Numbered from the stretch's first letter, positions 19,329 through 30,578 are shown. The stretch is 64,000 nt of DNA from Jejuia sp. UBA6058 (GCA_002428965.1 DIYI01000011.1:11848-75847), one strand, 5' to 3'. Notes: a model not told the origin generated them from the sequence alone. Numbers and translations: made by a program.

Positions 19329-20180
19329 ATGATCACATTACAACCTAAACAGGCAATTTTATCTTTAGTATTTCTATTTTCTCTGGCCATTGGAGCGCAG
19401 GACTTTCAAGGGAAAGCATATTATGTTTCAAAAACTTCTGTAGACATGAGTAATTTTGGAAGACCTAATATGAGCGAGGACCAAAAAAAACGAATGCAAG
19501 AACGCTTAAAAAATATGTTTGAAAAAACATTTGTGTTAACGTTTAATAGGTCGGAATCTATTTATAAACTAGATGAAAAACTTGAGGCACCAAATCAAGG
19601 AGGTGGTTCAAGATTTGGAGCCATTATGTCTGGAGCTATGGATGGTATTAAGTATAAAAATGCAAAGTCTAAGCAGTTGTTAAGTGAGCACGAGCTTTTT
19701 GGAAAGCTCTTTTTGATAAAAGACAATTTGCCGGAACTAAACTGGGAAATGACTGGTGAAACAAAACAAATAGGCGGTTATACCTGTTTTAAAGCTACTG
19801 CAATTCAAACTTGGAAAGAATTTGATATGGCAAGTTTAAGGAGACCACGAAACGAAGATGAATCCACCTTGGAGGATGAAGCTGAAACAGAAGAGGAAGA
19901 GCCAATTAAAATTGAAGCGTGGTACACCATGCAAATTCCAGTTAATCAAGGTCCTGGAGATTATTGGGGCTTACCTGGTTTAATTTTAGAAGTAAGTGCA
20001 GGAAAAACCACAATTCTTTGCTCTAAACTTGTTTTGAATCCTGAAGATAAAGCAACTATTAAAGCCCCTAGTAAAGGAAAAGAGGTAACAAAAGAGGAGT
20101 ACGTAGATATTGCCACAAAAAAGTACCTAGAAATGCGTAAAAATTTTAGACGTCGCGGAGGTCAAAGAGGTACAAGATAA
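19329..20180 (+). CDS. GLPGLI family protein 3
   Basis: WYTMQIPVNQGPGDYWGLPGLILEV; ETKQIGGYTCFKAT; signal peptide. Confidence 0.92.
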   Translation: MITLQPKQAILSLVFLFSLAIGAQDFQGKAYYVSKTSVDMSNFGRPNMSEDQKKRMQERLKNMFEKTFVLTFNRSESIYKLDEKLEAPNQGGGSRFGAIMSGAMDGIKYKNAKSKQLLSEHELFGKLFLIKDNLPELNWEMTGETKQIGGYTCFKATAIQTWKEFDMASLRRPRNEDESTLEDEAETEEEEPIKIEAWYTMQIPVNQGPGDYWGLPGLILEVSAGKTTILCSKLVLNPEDKATIKAPSKGKEVTKEEYVDIATKKYLEMRKNFRRRGGQRGTR

Positions 20181-20297
20181 ATTTTAAAAATCCAATAAAG
20201 TATTATGAATTTTACAATTGACATCCCAGTATTCCTTCTGGGGTGATGAAGGGTACTATCCTTAGAAAATAAAATTCATATTCAAACATCAACCAAA

Positions 20298-23042
20298 ATG
20301 AAGTTAAAACTAACAGTAATATTAACCTTTTTAGTAACCTTAGGTTATTCACAAGTCAAGGTACAAGGTGTTGTAAAAGACAGTATTGGCGAACCTTTAG
20401 AGTTGGCAAATGTTGTAGCTATAAATCAAGAAACAAATAAGTTAGATTCTTATGGTATTACAAATGATAAAGGAAAGTTTGTGCTATCTCTTAACAAGAA
20501 CAGTAAGTATAAACTTCAAGTAAGTTATATAGGAATGAAAACCTATGAAGAAATTTTTGAAACTGCTGATAAAAGTATTGATAAGGATGTTGTAATGGAA
20601 GCTGATAATACTGCGCTTGATGCGGTAGAACTTACCTACGAAATGCCCGTAACTATTAGTGGTGATACTCTAATTTATAATGCAGATTCCTTTAAAAACG
20701 GGACAGAACGGAAGCTCGAAGATATTTTGGAAAAACTTCCTGGAGTTGAGGTAAATGATGAAGGGCAAATTGAAGTAGAAGGACAACGTGTATCAAAAGT
20801 AATGGTGGATGGTAAAGATTTTTTTGATGGCGATTCTAAGCTTGCTACAAAAAATATTCCTTCAAATGCGGTGGATAAGGTTCAAGTTTTGAAGAATTAT
20901 TCTGAGGTGGCACAGTTAAGTAGTGTAGGCAATAACCAAGATAATTATGCCATAAATATTAAGTTGAAAGAAGGAAAAAAGAACTTTTGGTTTGGTAATG
21001 TTACTGTTGGTGGCGGTACATCAACAGATGAAGGTTTGTATGTGATTCAACCAAAGTTATTTTACTATAGTCCTAAATATAGCATTAATCTTATAGGAGA
21101 TTTAAATAACACCGGAGAACCAGCACTAACTAGGCAGGATCTGAGAGGTTTTGGCGGAGGTTTTCGCCCTCCAAGTAGAGACAGCGGAACTAGCTTAAAT
21201 TTAGGAAATAATAGTTTAGGGTTTCTAGCTATTCAGAATAACCGTGCTCAAGATATTGAAAACAAACTGGCTTCAGGAAATTTTAGTTATTCGCCTAATA
21301 AAGCTTTAGATATCAGTGGTTTTGCCATATTTAATAGCAGTCGTATTGGTATTTTACAAAAATCTACTTTTGATTATATTGAAGTTCCAGACGACCCTAC
21401 AACTACAGGTATTGATGAGTCTTTGTCTATTCCTCAAGATGAAAACACAGAAGAGAATACAAGACAGCGCTCTGATATTGGTTTGATGAAGCTAAGTGCA
21501 TCCTATAAACCGAATGTAAATAATCAATTAGATTATGATGTACTAGGACGCGTGACCAAGGAATCTCAAAACAGCAATTTGTTTTCGTCGGTATTAGGTA
21601 ATACGGATCAGTTTGAGGATAATACGCCTTATAGTATCAATCAGAATTTAAACTATTATTATACCCTAAACGAGAATAATATTTTTGCCTTAGAGGTGCA
21701 GCATTTATTGCAAGACGAAGATCCATTTTATAATGCAATTTTAGAAGATAAGGATAGCTACGAAAGGACTGGAGAAGGTCTAGGTTTAGATCCTAATCAG
21801 ATAGTATACAATATTAATCATGACAGAAGAGTCAAGTCCAATCAACTAGATGCTAAGGTTGATTACTGGAATATTTTGAATGATAAAAGTAATATCAATT
21901 TCACTTTAGGCGCAATGGCAACGCGTCAAGACTACAATACAAGTTTATTTCAAATCTTAGATGATGATTCTGTATTTGACCCCACGCCAACCATTAATGA
22001 TGGTTTAGATACAAATGATGCACAATACAATTTTAGTGATTTCTATTTGGGTGTAGCCTACAGATTAAAATTAGGTAAGTTTACCATTACTCCAGGATTA
22101 TCTGCGCATACATATGGCTATGGTAATGATCAATTTGGAGATTCTTATCAAGATAACTTTAGTTTGCTGCTACCAAGCTTTGAAACCAGAATTCAATTTA
22201 AAAAGAGTGAAAGCTTAACATTACGCTATAATATGCGTAACCAGTTTACCGATGTTACACGTTTGGCAAGTGGTATTGTTCTAAATAGTTTTAATAATAT
22301 ACAATTTGGTAACCCAGAATTAGGTAATGCTGTAACCAATAATATAAGCTTATTTTATAGAAGTTTTAACTTGTTTAATTACACAAATGTTTTTGCTTCA
22401 ATTACGTATAGTAGTGCCGTGGATCAAATACGTTCTAGAGCAAATTTTGATAGCGTAGTTCGTACTAGCGAGTTTTTTAATTCTGGATTTACTGACGAAA
22501 GTGTTTCTGCATTCGGACGTTTTCAACGCACATTTGGTAAGTTGAGACTTAGTATTAATTCGCGTTGGAATTACTCTAAATTCAATCAATTTGTTCAAGG
22601 AGGTCGTTCCATCAACGAAAGTTTCCAACAAACCTATACGCCAGAGTTAAGAACTAACTTTAGAGAGGCACCAAATATTAGGTTGAGATACAGGTACTCT
22701 GTAAATAGAAATCAACAAGGAGGAGGTACTACTACGTTTAAAACCAATGCGCCTTCAGTAAGATTTGATGCTTATATTTTTAAGAAGTTTACGTTCTTAA
22801 CAGATTATAGTTATAATAGACAAAGTAGTACAAATGGTTCACCTCAAGAATTTGAAATTTGGAATGCCTCATTGTCATACAGAAAAGACAATGATGCTAA
22901 ATTTGAGTATACTTTAAAGGCAACAAACCTATTGAATACAACCTCGCAAATACAAAATGGAAATTCCAATATTTCAGTATTTGCTAGAGAGTATTTTATA
23001 CAACCTAGGTTTATTACTTTAAGGCTGAGGTATGAGATATAA
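20298..23042 (+). CDS. Outer-membrane beta-barrel / TonB-dependent-receptor-like protein with carboxypeptidase-regulatory-like N-domain
   Basis: GVVKDSIGEPLELANV N-domain; plug-like GDTLIYNADSF...LEKLPGVEV...VMVDGKDFF; amphipathic beta strands ending RFITLRLRYEI. Confidence 0.85.
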   Translation: MKLKLTVILTFLVTLGYSQVKVQGVVKDSIGEPLELANVVAINQETNKLDSYGITNDKGKFVLSLNKNSKYKLQVSYIGMKTYEEIFETADKSIDKDVVMEADNTALDAVELTYEMPVTISGDTLIYNADSFKNGTERKLEDILEKLPGVEVNDEGQIEVEGQRVSKVMVDGKDFFDGDSKLATKNIPSNAVDKVQVLKNYSEVAQLSSVGNNQDNYAINIKLKEGKKNFWFGNVTVGGGTSTDEGLYVIQPKLFYYSPKYSINLIGDLNNTGEPALTRQDLRGFGGGFRPPSRDSGTSLNLGNNSLGFLAIQNNRAQDIENKLASGNFSYSPNKALDISGFAIFNSSRIGILQKSTFDYIEVPDDPTTTGIDESLSIPQDENTEENTRQRSDIGLMKLSASYKPNVNNQLDYDVLGRVTKESQNSNLFSSVLGNTDQFEDNTPYSINQNLNYYYTLNENNIFALEVQHLLQDEDPFYNAILEDKDSYERTGEGLGLDPNQIVYNINHDRRVKSNQLDAKVDYWNILNDKSNINFTLGAMATRQDYNTSLFQILDDDSVFDPTPTINDGLDTNDAQYNFSDFYLGVAYRLKLGKFTITPGLSAHTYGYGNDQFGDSYQDNFSLLLPSFETRIQFKKSESLTLRYNMRNQFTDVTRLASGIVLNSFNNIQFGNPELGNAVTNNISLFYRSFNLFNYTNVFASITYSSAVDQIRSRANFDSVVRTSEFFNSGFTDESVSAFGRFQRTFGKLRLSINSRWNYSKFNQFVQGGRSINESFQQTYTPELRTNFREAPNIRLRYRYSVNRNQQGGGTTTFKTNAPSVRFDAYIFKKFTFLTDYSYNRQSSTNGSPQEFEIWNASLSYRKDNDAKFEYTLKATNLLNTTSQIQNGNSNISVFAREYFIQPRFITLRLRYEI

Positions 23043-23070
23043 TAGTACAAGGAGTCGAGTCGTTTTATAA

Positions 23071-23107
23071 AATAACAAAAGCCCACTTTAAGTGGGCTTT
23101 TGTTATT
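23071..23107. terminator. Bidirectional intrinsic terminator
   Basis: Perfect inverted repeat AATAACAAAAGCCCACT-tta-AGTGGGCTTTTGTTATT between convergent genes. Confidence 0.9.
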
Positions 23108-23130
23108 CATTGATTTATTTTGATTTCTAT

Positions 23131-24384
23131 TTATAAATTAAAAGAGGTTTTAACTGCATCCACATAATCCAACTTCTCCCAAGTAAATAATTCAACATCT
23201 AAAGTTGTACTATTACCATTTGCTTGAGTAAATGTTTTTGTAACAGTTCTGTTGGTACGTCCCATATGGCCGTAAGCAGCAGTTTCGCTGTACATTGGCG
23301 AACGTAGTTTTAAACGAGTTTCAATAGCGTAAGGACGCATATCAAAAATTTTAGAAACCTTTTCGGCAATTTCGCCATCGGTTAATTTTACGTTTGAAGT
23401 GCCATAAGTATCAATAAAAATACCCATTGGTTCTACAACACCAATTGCGTAACTTACCTGAACCAAAACTTCTGAGGCAACGCCAGCAGCTACTAAGTTT
23501 TTAGCAATATGGCGAGTAGCGTAAGCAGCACTTCTATCAACTTTACTTGGATCTTTGCCAGAAAACGCACCACCACCATGAGCACCTTTTCCGCCGTAAG
23601 TATCAACAATTATTTTTCTACCTGTTAAACCGGTATCTCCATGTGGACCACCAATTACGAACTTACCTGTTGGATTAATGTGGTATTTAATATCGTTATT
23701 AAATAGTTTTTGGATATGTGCTGGTAATTTGGCTACTACACGAGGTATCAATATTTCTACAATATCTTTTCTAATTTTTGCTAACATCGTATCGTCATCA
23801 GCAAATTCATCATGCTGAGTAGAAACCACTATAGCATCTATTCTTTGTGGCACATTATCATCGCTATATTCAATTGTAACTTGACTTTTAGAATCTGGTC
23901 TTAAATAGGTGATGTCTTTGTTTTCTCTTCTTAATGCTGCCAATTCTATTAAAAGACGATGCGATAAATCTAATGCCAAAGGCATATAGTTTTCGGTTTC
24001 GTTAGTGGCATAACCAAACATCATACCTTGGTCGCCAGCACCTTGTTCTTCTTTAGTTGCACGATCTACGCCTTGATTAATATCTGGAGATTGTGGGTGA
24101 ATGGCAGAAAATACACCACAAGAATTACCATCAAACATATACTCGCCTTTGGTGTATCCAATTTTATTAATGGTTTCTCTGGCTATTTTCTGAACATCCA
24201 AGTATGTTTTCGATTTTACTTCACCGGCAAGAACAACTTGTCCCGTAGTAACAAGAGTTTCACAAGCTACTTTAGAGTCTACATCAAACGCTAAAAAATT
24301 ATCAATAAGCGCATCACTAATTTGGTCTGCTACCTTATCCGGGTGTCCTTCAGAAACACTTTCTGAAGTAAATAAATATGGCAT
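23131..24384 (-). CDS. metK: S-adenosylmethionine synthetase
   Basis: [52 protein letters not shown]. Confidence 0.98.
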   Translation of the reverse strand: MPYLFTSESVSEGHPDKVADQISDALIDNFLAFDVDSKVACETLVTTGQVVLAGEVKSKTYLDVQKIARETINKIGYTKGEYMFDGNSCGVFSAIHPQSPDINQGVDRATKEEQGAGDQGMMFGYATNETENYMPLALDLSHRLLIELAALRRENKDITYLRPDSKSQVTIEYSDDNVPQRIDAIVVSTQHDEFADDDTMLAKIRKDIVEILIPRVVAKLPAHIQKLFNNDIKYHINPTGKFVIGGPHGDTGLTGRKIIVDTYGGKGAHGGGAFSGKDPSKVDRSAAYATRHIAKNLVAAGVASEVLVQVSYAIGVVEPMGIFIDTYGTSNVKLTDGEIAEKVSKIFDMRPYAIETRLKLRSPMYSETAAYGHMGRTNRTVTKTFTQANGNSTTLDVELFTWEKLDYVDAVKTSFNL

Positions 24385-24433
24385 ATTATATTATTTATGA
24401 AGCAAGATTTGACGAGAAACGTCTCAGGAGTTT

Positions 24434-24508
24434 ACACTGCCTTTAGCATTTTTACTACATCTATAATTTGAAGATGTAAGAGGTTGCAATCAGTCAAATC
24501 TTTCCTCT
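24434..24508 (-). promoter_or_regulatory. SAM-II riboswitch (long-loop type) upstream of metK
   Basis: Minus strand: AGAGG-AAAGATTTGACTGATTGCA-ACCTCT (P1), inserted hairpin TACATCT/AGATGTA, then AAATGCTAAAGGCAGT (pseudoknot partner of GACTG and TTGCA). Promoter TACTTTTG at 24532-24525. Confidence 0.8.
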
Positions 24509-24620
24509 ATGATTTATTGATGTGCAAAAGTAAAAAAATTAAGAGAAATGAAAATATGAATTACTAAAAAATGCAAGTTAATGATTGTATGATGTTGCAG
24601 TACTTGCTTTGGCAGATAGG

Positions 24621-24707
24621 TGCGTTAGGGATTGTAGAGGAAATCCTTTTTGTGAGGTACGAGCAAAAAGATTGGAACGGAAAGCCCGACCCGACAGGGT
24701 AACGCCC
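24621..24707 (+). repeat. Flavobacterial intergenic multi-stem element (possible Flavo-1-like RNA motif), copy 1
   Basis: GCGTTA/TAACGC closing stem; GGATT/AATCC; CTTTTTG/CAAAAAG; CCC/GGG. GC-rich in an AT-rich gap. A second related copy lies at 54643-54788. Confidence 0.55.
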
Positions 24708-24951
24708 AAAATATTTTAAACTTTTTTTTTGTTTGAACGTCATAAAAAAATAGACTTAAAATATTGAAAAACAGGTAATTAAATAAGTTTTAAGTACAGT
24801 GAATTTAACCTGTAAAATGGCATGTAATCTTAGATAATCGCATAAACAAGTATTTTCGTTCTCTGAAATTAAGAAATGCTGTTAAATTTCTTAAAATCAT
24901 TGAGAGATTATCTAAAAAACTAAACAAGGCTTAAAAATATATTTGAAAATC

Positions 24952-26634
24952 ATGGGAGAACTTAATAAATATAGTAAAACAGTTACCCAAAACCCATCTC
25001 AACCAGCATCTCAGGCTATGTTATACGCTACTGGTTTTACTGATGAGGACATGAAGAAGGCGCAAATTGCCATTGGTAGTACAGGTTATGATGGAAACCC
25101 ATGTAACATGCATCTAAATGATATTGCTGCTGAAATTAAAAAACAGATTAATGCACTTGGTCAAAAAGGGTTAACCTTTGGAACCATTGGGGTTTCTGAT
25201 GGTATTTCTATGGGAACACCAGGAATGAAATATTCTTTGGCTTCCCGCGATATTATTGCAGATTCCATGGAAACTGTTGTGAATGGAATGGCTTATGATG
25301 GTTTGATTGGAGTAGTAGGTTGTGATAAAAATATGCCTGGAGCTATTATTGCAATGTTGAGATTAAACAGGCCTTCTATAATGGTGTATGGTGGAAGTGT
25401 GGCTTCTGGAAAATATAAAGGTCAAAAATTAAATATAGTTTCGGCATTTGAAGCTTTAGGTAAGAAGATTGCTGGTGAAATTGACGAAGCTGAATATAAA
25501 GAAATTATAAAAAGATCTATTCCTGGGGCTGGAGCTTGTGGTGGTATGTATACGGCAAACACCATGGCGTCATCTATAGAATGTATGGGTATGGCGTTAC
25601 CTTACAATTCTTCTATTCCAGCAGTAAATCCAAGTAAGTTAACCGAGGCTGAACGTACTGCACAGGCTATGAAAAATCTTTTGGAATTAGATTTAAAGCC
25701 AAAAGATATTGTAACTAAAAAGTCTATCGAAAATGCAATTACTTTGGTAAACGCTTTGGGAGGTTCAACCAATGCGGTACTGCATTATTTAGCAATTGCA
25801 TATGCTGCAGATATTGAGTTTACTCTGGAGGATTTTCAGCGCATTAGTGATAGAACGCCGCTAATTGGAGATTTAAAACCTTCTGGGAAATATTTAATGG
25901 AAGATGTTCATGGTATTGGAGGAACTCCGAAAATCATGAAATATTTGTTAGAACAAGGATTTTTGCATGGTGATTGTATGACGGTTACTGGTAAAACTTT
26001 AGCAGAAAATCTTACTGATGTTGAAGCTATGGAGTTTGAGGACCAAGATTTATTATATACTACTGATAAGGCTTTAAAATCTTCAGGAAATTTACAGATT
26101 CTTAAGGGTAATTTAGCTGAAGAAGGTGCAGTAGCCAAAATTTCTGGAAAAGAAGGATTAAAATTTGAAGGTAAGGCAGTGGTTTACGATAGTGAGCCAG
26201 AAGCTAATGAAGGAATTTCTAACGGTGAAGTTGAAAAAGGAAATGTAGTCGTCATTAGATACGTTGGTCCTAAGGGAGGTCCAGGTATGCCAGAAATGCT
26301 AAAACCAACTTCTATGATTATGGGTGCAGGTTTAGGGAAATCTGTTGCGTTAATTACTGATGGTCGTTTTTCTGGAGGTACTCACGGATTTGTGGTAGGC
26401 CACGTAACACCTGAGGCACAAGTTGGAGGAGCTATTGCTCTTGTTGAGACAGGAGATATTATTACGATTGATGCTGTTGATAATTCGATAACACTTAATA
26501 TTTCTGAAGAAGAAATGGCAAGTAGAAAAGCAAAATGGCAAGCACCACCATTAAAATTCAAGAAAGGTATATTATTTAAATATGCTAAGTCTGTTGCATC
26601 GGCCTCTGAAGGTTGTGTGACTGATAAATATTAA
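24952..26634 (+). CDS. ilvD: Dihydroxy-acid dehydratase
   Basis: [58 protein letters not shown] 24952 preferred over TTG 24943. Confidence 0.97.
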   Translation: MGELNKYSKTVTQNPSQPASQAMLYATGFTDEDMKKAQIAIGSTGYDGNPCNMHLNDIAAEIKKQINALGQKGLTFGTIGVSDGISMGTPGMKYSLASRDIIADSMETVVNGMAYDGLIGVVGCDKNMPGAIIAMLRLNRPSIMVYGGSVASGKYKGQKLNIVSAFEALGKKIAGEIDEAEYKEIIKRSIPGAGACGGMYTANTMASSIECMGMALPYNSSIPAVNPSKLTEAERTAQAMKNLLELDLKPKDIVTKKSIENAITLVNALGGSTNAVLHYLAIAYAADIEFTLEDFQRISDRTPLIGDLKPSGKYLMEDVHGIGGTPKIMKYLLEQGFLHGDCMTVTGKTLAENLTDVEAMEFEDQDLLYTTDKALKSSGNLQILKGNLAEEGAVAKISGKEGLKFEGKAVVYDSEPEANEGISNGEVEKGNVVVIRYVGPKGGPGMPEMLKPTSMIMGAGLGKSVALITDGRFSGGTHGFVVGHVTPEAQVGGAIALVETGDIITIDAVDNSITLNISEEEMASRKAKWQAPPLKFKKGILFKYAKSVASASEGCVTDKY

Positions 26635-26642
26635 AATATTTT

Positions 26643-26692
26643 GTCATTCCTGGGCGGTCACTGAGCGGAGTCGAAGTGAAAGCGGGAATCTC
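26643..26692. repeat. Composite REP-like palindrome (one element nested in another)
   Basis: Outer GTCATTCCTG...GAAAGCGGGAATCTC interrupted by inner GTCACTGAGCGGAGTCGAAGTG (26657-26678). Confidence 0.6.
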
Positions 26693-26712
26693 ATCAAATT
26701 AAAGTTGAGGTT

Positions 26713-28446
26713 ATGAACACTGAAACAATAAAAAAAGAAGAAAATAAAACAGCAAAAACAGAACGTATTACGGGTTGCGAAGCTATAATTCGTTGTTTAA
26801 TTGCTGAGGGCGTTGATATACTTTATGGTTATCCTGGAGGAGCTATAATGCCAGTGTATGATGAATTGTACAAGTATCAAGATAGAATTCATCATGTATT
26901 AACACGTCACGAACAAGGTGCAGCACATGCAGCACAAGGATATGCGAGAATATCTGGAAAAGTTGGGGTTGCTATGGCTACGTCTGGTCCAGGAGCAACC
27001 AACTTAATAACTGGTATTGCCGATGCGCAGATCGATTCTACACCAATAGTTTGTATCACAGGTCAAGTGCCTTCACATTTATTAGGTACAGATGCGTTTC
27101 AAGAAACTGATATTGTTGGCATTTCTACACCTGTTACAAAATGGAATGCTCAGGTTACTAAAGCATCAGAAATTCCAGAGGTTATGGCCAAAGCATTTTA
27201 TATTGCAAAAAGTGGTAGGCCAGGGCCAGTACTTGTAGATATTACTAAGGATGCGCAGTTTGAGGAGTTCGATTTTAAATACGAAAAATGTACTGCGGTT
27301 AGAAGTTATAACCCAATTCCTAAAACAGATATTAATACGGTTAAAGCAGCGGCCGATTTAATTAATAATGCTGAAAAGCCAATGATTGTTTGGGGGCAAG
27401 GTGTTATTTTAGGTGAGGCGGAAGAGGAGTTAAAAGCTGTAGTTGAAAAATCTGGAGTACCAGCTGCTTGGACTATTTTAGGAGCTTCGGCTCTCCCAAC
27501 ATCTCACCCTTTAAATATAGGAATGGTAGGGATGCATGGTAATTATGCTCCTAATAAACTAACCAACGAATGTGATGTTTTAATTGCCATAGGAATGCGT
27601 TTTGATGATCGTGTTACAGGCGATTTGAATACTTACGCTAAACAGGCAAAAATCATTCATTTTGATATAGATCCTGCTGAAATTAATAAAAATGTAAAAG
27701 TGGATATTGCTGTTTTAGGAGATTCTAAGGAGAGTTTAGGACTGTTGCTTTCAGAATTGAATGCAAATTCTCATGAGTCATGGTTGCAGGAGTTCAAAGA
27801 TTTATATGCCATTGAATATGATGCAGTAATTAAAGATGATTTATTGCCGGAGAAAGAAGGACTTACAATGGGTGAAGTGCTTAAAGAAATCAACACCTAT
27901 AGTAATGGTGATGCAGCCATTGTTTCTGATGTTGGTCAGCATCAAATGATAGCATGTCGTTATGCTGAATTCAATAAAACCAAAAGTAACATTACCTCTG
28001 GGGGTTTAGGTACTATGGGATTTGCATTACCAGCGGCTATTGGAGCTAAAATGGCAGAACCACATCGTGAGGTTGTGGCAATAATTGGTGATGGTGGTTA
28101 CCAAATGAATATTCAAGAATTGGGTACAATTTTTCAGCAGAAAGTGGCGGTTAAGATTGTGGTATTGAATAATGAGTTTTTAGGTATGGTGCGCCAATGG
28201 CAACAGTTGTTTTTTGATAAGCGTTACGCCTCTACTGAAATGACAAATCCAGATTTTGTAACAATAGCGAAAGGCTATCACATTGAAGCAAAGCGTGTAA
28301 CTAAACGCGAAGAATTAGCGGATGCTGTCAAGGAAATGATTGAATCTAAATCGTCATATTTCTTAGAAGTCTGTGTGGAAAAAGAGGATAATGTATTCCC
28401 AATGATTCCTTCTGGAGCCTCGGTTTCAGATATCAGATTAAGCTAG
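26713..28446 (+). CDS. ilvB: Acetolactate synthase large subunit
   Basis: GYPGGAIMP, RHEQGA, TSGPGATN, GMRFDDRV, ThDP motif GDGGYQMN...NN, GMVRQWQ. Confidence 0.97.
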   Translation: MNTETIKKEENKTAKTERITGCEAIIRCLIAEGVDILYGYPGGAIMPVYDELYKYQDRIHHVLTRHEQGAAHAAQGYARISGKVGVAMATSGPGATNLITGIADAQIDSTPIVCITGQVPSHLLGTDAFQETDIVGISTPVTKWNAQVTKASEIPEVMAKAFYIAKSGRPGPVLVDITKDAQFEEFDFKYEKCTAVRSYNPIPKTDINTVKAAADLINNAEKPMIVWGQGVILGEAEEELKAVVEKSGVPAAWTILGASALPTSHPLNIGMVGMHGNYAPNKLTNECDVLIAIGMRFDDRVTGDLNTYAKQAKIIHFDIDPAEINKNVKVDIAVLGDSKESLGLLLSELNANSHESWLQEFKDLYAIEYDAVIKDDLLPEKEGLTMGEVLKEINTYSNGDAAIVSDVGQHQMIACRYAEFNKTKSNITSGGLGTMGFALPAAIGAKMAEPHREVVAIIGDGGYQMNIQELGTIFQQKVAVKIVVLNNEFLGMVRQWQQLFFDKRYASTEMTNPDFVTIAKGYHIEAKRVTKREELADAVKEMIESKSSYFLEVCVEKEDNVFPMIPSGASVSDIRLS

Positions 28447-28468
28447 TAGCACTTTAAAACCATTACTA

Positions 28469-29002
28469 ATGAGTCAAGAAATTAAGACATTCACCATATC
28501 TGTTTATACAGAAAATAATATCGGATTACTTAACCGTATTTCGGCTATTTTTCAGCGTAGACATATCAATATAGAGAGTTTAACTACGTCGCAATCTGAA
28601 ATCAAAGATGTAAATCGTTTTGTAATCGTAGTTAAAATTACCGAAGACCAAGCTATAAAAGTAGTGCGTCAAATTGAAAAGCAGGTTGAAGCTATTCGCG
28701 CTTATTATCATACTAATGAAGAAACTATCTTCACTGAAAATTGTATGTTCAAAATAAAGAGCGAATTACTTTTTGAAGAACCGCAAATTCAAAATATTAT
28801 AAAGGATAGCGATTCAAGAATCGTTACTGTAAATCGTGAGTTCTTTGTATTGGAAAGTACGGGTAGACGTCATGAAATTGAAGAACTGCGTGAAAAATTA
28901 GACAAGTTCGGTATCATGCAGTTCGTACGATCAGGACGCATTGCAGTAACCAAAGACGAAATGAAAGTTTCCGAAATACTAGAAGAATTTAAAAATCAAT
29001 AA
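28469..29002 (+). CDS. ilvN: Acetolactate synthase small (regulatory) subunit
   Basis: ACT domain ENNIGLLNRISAIFQRRHINIESL; C-terminal VRSGRIA. Confidence 0.95.
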   Translation: MSQEIKTFTISVYTENNIGLLNRISAIFQRRHINIESLTTSQSEIKDVNRFVIVVKITEDQAIKVVRQIEKQVEAIRAYYHTNEETIFTENCMFKIKSELLFEEPQIQNIIKDSDSRIVTVNREFFVLESTGRRHEIEELREKLDKFGIMQFVRSGRIAVTKDEMKVSEILEEFKNQ

Positions 29003-29068
29003 TAAACCAAAATTAAATAAGCATCTTGTGATTTAGGATGCAACATACTATTAAATCAAAAACAAAAA

Positions 29069-30544
29069 ATGGAAAATTATTTTAACACGCTTACATTAGC
29101 TGGTAAATTAGACCAATTGTCTAAATGTAGATTCATGGATGCTTCTGAGTTTGCAGATGGTGTTGATGCATTAAAAGGGAAGAAAGTAGTGATTGTAGGT
29201 TGTGGTGCCCAAGGGTTAAACCAAGGCTTGAATATGAGAGATTCTGGATTGGATATTTCTTATACTTTACGTGAAGCGGCGATAAAAGAAAAAAGAGCAT
29301 CTTATGTAAATGCAACTGAAAATGGATTTAATGTTGGAACATACGAAGAGTTAATCCCAACTGCAGATTTGGTATGTAACCTTACTCCAGATAAGCAGCA
29401 TACAAATGTGGTTAATGCTGTAATGCCTTTAATGAAAAAGGGTGCTACTTTGGCATATTCTCATGGATTCAACATTGTTGAAGAAGGAATGAAAATCCGC
29501 GAAGATTTAACAGTAATTATGTGTGCGCCTAAGTCTCCAGGTTCTGAAGTACGTGAAGAGTACAAGCGTGGTTTTGGTGTACCAACTTTAATCGCTGTTC
29601 ACCCTGAAAACGACCCTGAAGGAAAAGGTTTAGCGCAAGCAAAAGCATATGCAGTTGCAACAGGTGGAGATAGAGCAGGTGTATTAGAATCGTCTTTTGT
29701 GGCTGAGGTGAAATCAGATTTAATGGGAGAACAAACCATTCTTTGTGGATTATTGCAAACGGGTTCTATCCTTTGTTTTGATAAAATGGTAGAGAAAGGA
29801 ATTGATCCCGGATATGCTTCAAAATTAATTCAGTACGGTTGGGAAACTGTTACCGAAGGTTTAAAATATGGTGGTGTTACAAACATGATGGACAGATTGT
29901 CTAACCCAGCTAAAATTAAGGCTTTTGAATTATCAGAAGAACTAAAAGATATTATGCGTCCGTTATTCCAAAAGCATATGGATGATATTATGGAAGGAGT
30001 ATTCTCCAGTACCATGATGGCAGATTGGGCGAATAACGATGCGAACCTGTTAGGTTGGAGAGCGGCTACCGCTGAAACAGCTTTTGAAAAAACACCTGCA
30101 GGCGATGTTGAGATATCTGAGCAAGAGTACTATGATAACGGTGTGTTAATGGTAGCGTTCGTAAGAGCAGGTGTAGAGTTAGCATTTGAAGCTATGATAG
30201 AATCTGGAATTATTGACGAATCTGCGTACTACGAGTCATTACACGAAACTCCGCTTATTGCAAACACTATTGCCAGAAAGAAATTATATGAAATGAACCG
30301 TGTTATTTCTGATACGGCTGAGTATGGTTGTTATTTATTCGATCATGCATGTAAGCCTTTGTTAGAAGACTTTATGAAAGGAATTGATGTGGATGTTATT
30401 GGTAAGGCTTATGCTAAAGATAACGGTGAAGGTGTTGATAATGCAAAGTTAATTGAAGTTAATGCTGCACTAAGAGCACACCCAGTAGAAAAGATTGGGA
30501 CATTTTTGAGAACATCTATGACGGCTATGAAGCCAATAGTATAA
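29069..30544 (+). CDS. ilvC: Ketol-acid reductoisomerase (long, class II)
   Basis: [38 protein letters not shown]; 491 aa. Confidence 0.97.
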   Translation: MENYFNTLTLAGKLDQLSKCRFMDASEFADGVDALKGKKVVIVGCGAQGLNQGLNMRDSGLDISYTLREAAIKEKRASYVNATENGFNVGTYEELIPTADLVCNLTPDKQHTNVVNAVMPLMKKGATLAYSHGFNIVEEGMKIREDLTVIMCAPKSPGSEVREEYKRGFGVPTLIAVHPENDPEGKGLAQAKAYAVATGGDRAGVLESSFVAEVKSDLMGEQTILCGLLQTGSILCFDKMVEKGIDPGYASKLIQYGWETVTEGLKYGGVTNMMDRLSNPAKIKAFELSEELKDIMRPLFQKHMDDIMEGVFSSTMMADWANNDANLLGWRAATAETAFEKTPAGDVEISEQEYYDNGVLMVAFVRAGVELAFEAMIESGIIDESAYYESLHETPLIANTIARKKLYEMNRVISDTAEYGCYLFDHACKPLLEDFMKGIDVDVIGKAYAKDNGEGVDNAKLIEVNAALRAHPVEKIGTFLRTSMTAMKPIV

Positions 30545-30578
30545 CAGTACTAAACTAAGCTAAACTTTGCTTAATGTT

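Noticed and set aside
24708-24951. Ile/Leu/Val leader peptide upstream of ilvD
   Set aside because: Only a 6-codon ORF (MACNLR) with no branched-chain codon run and no terminator hairpin.
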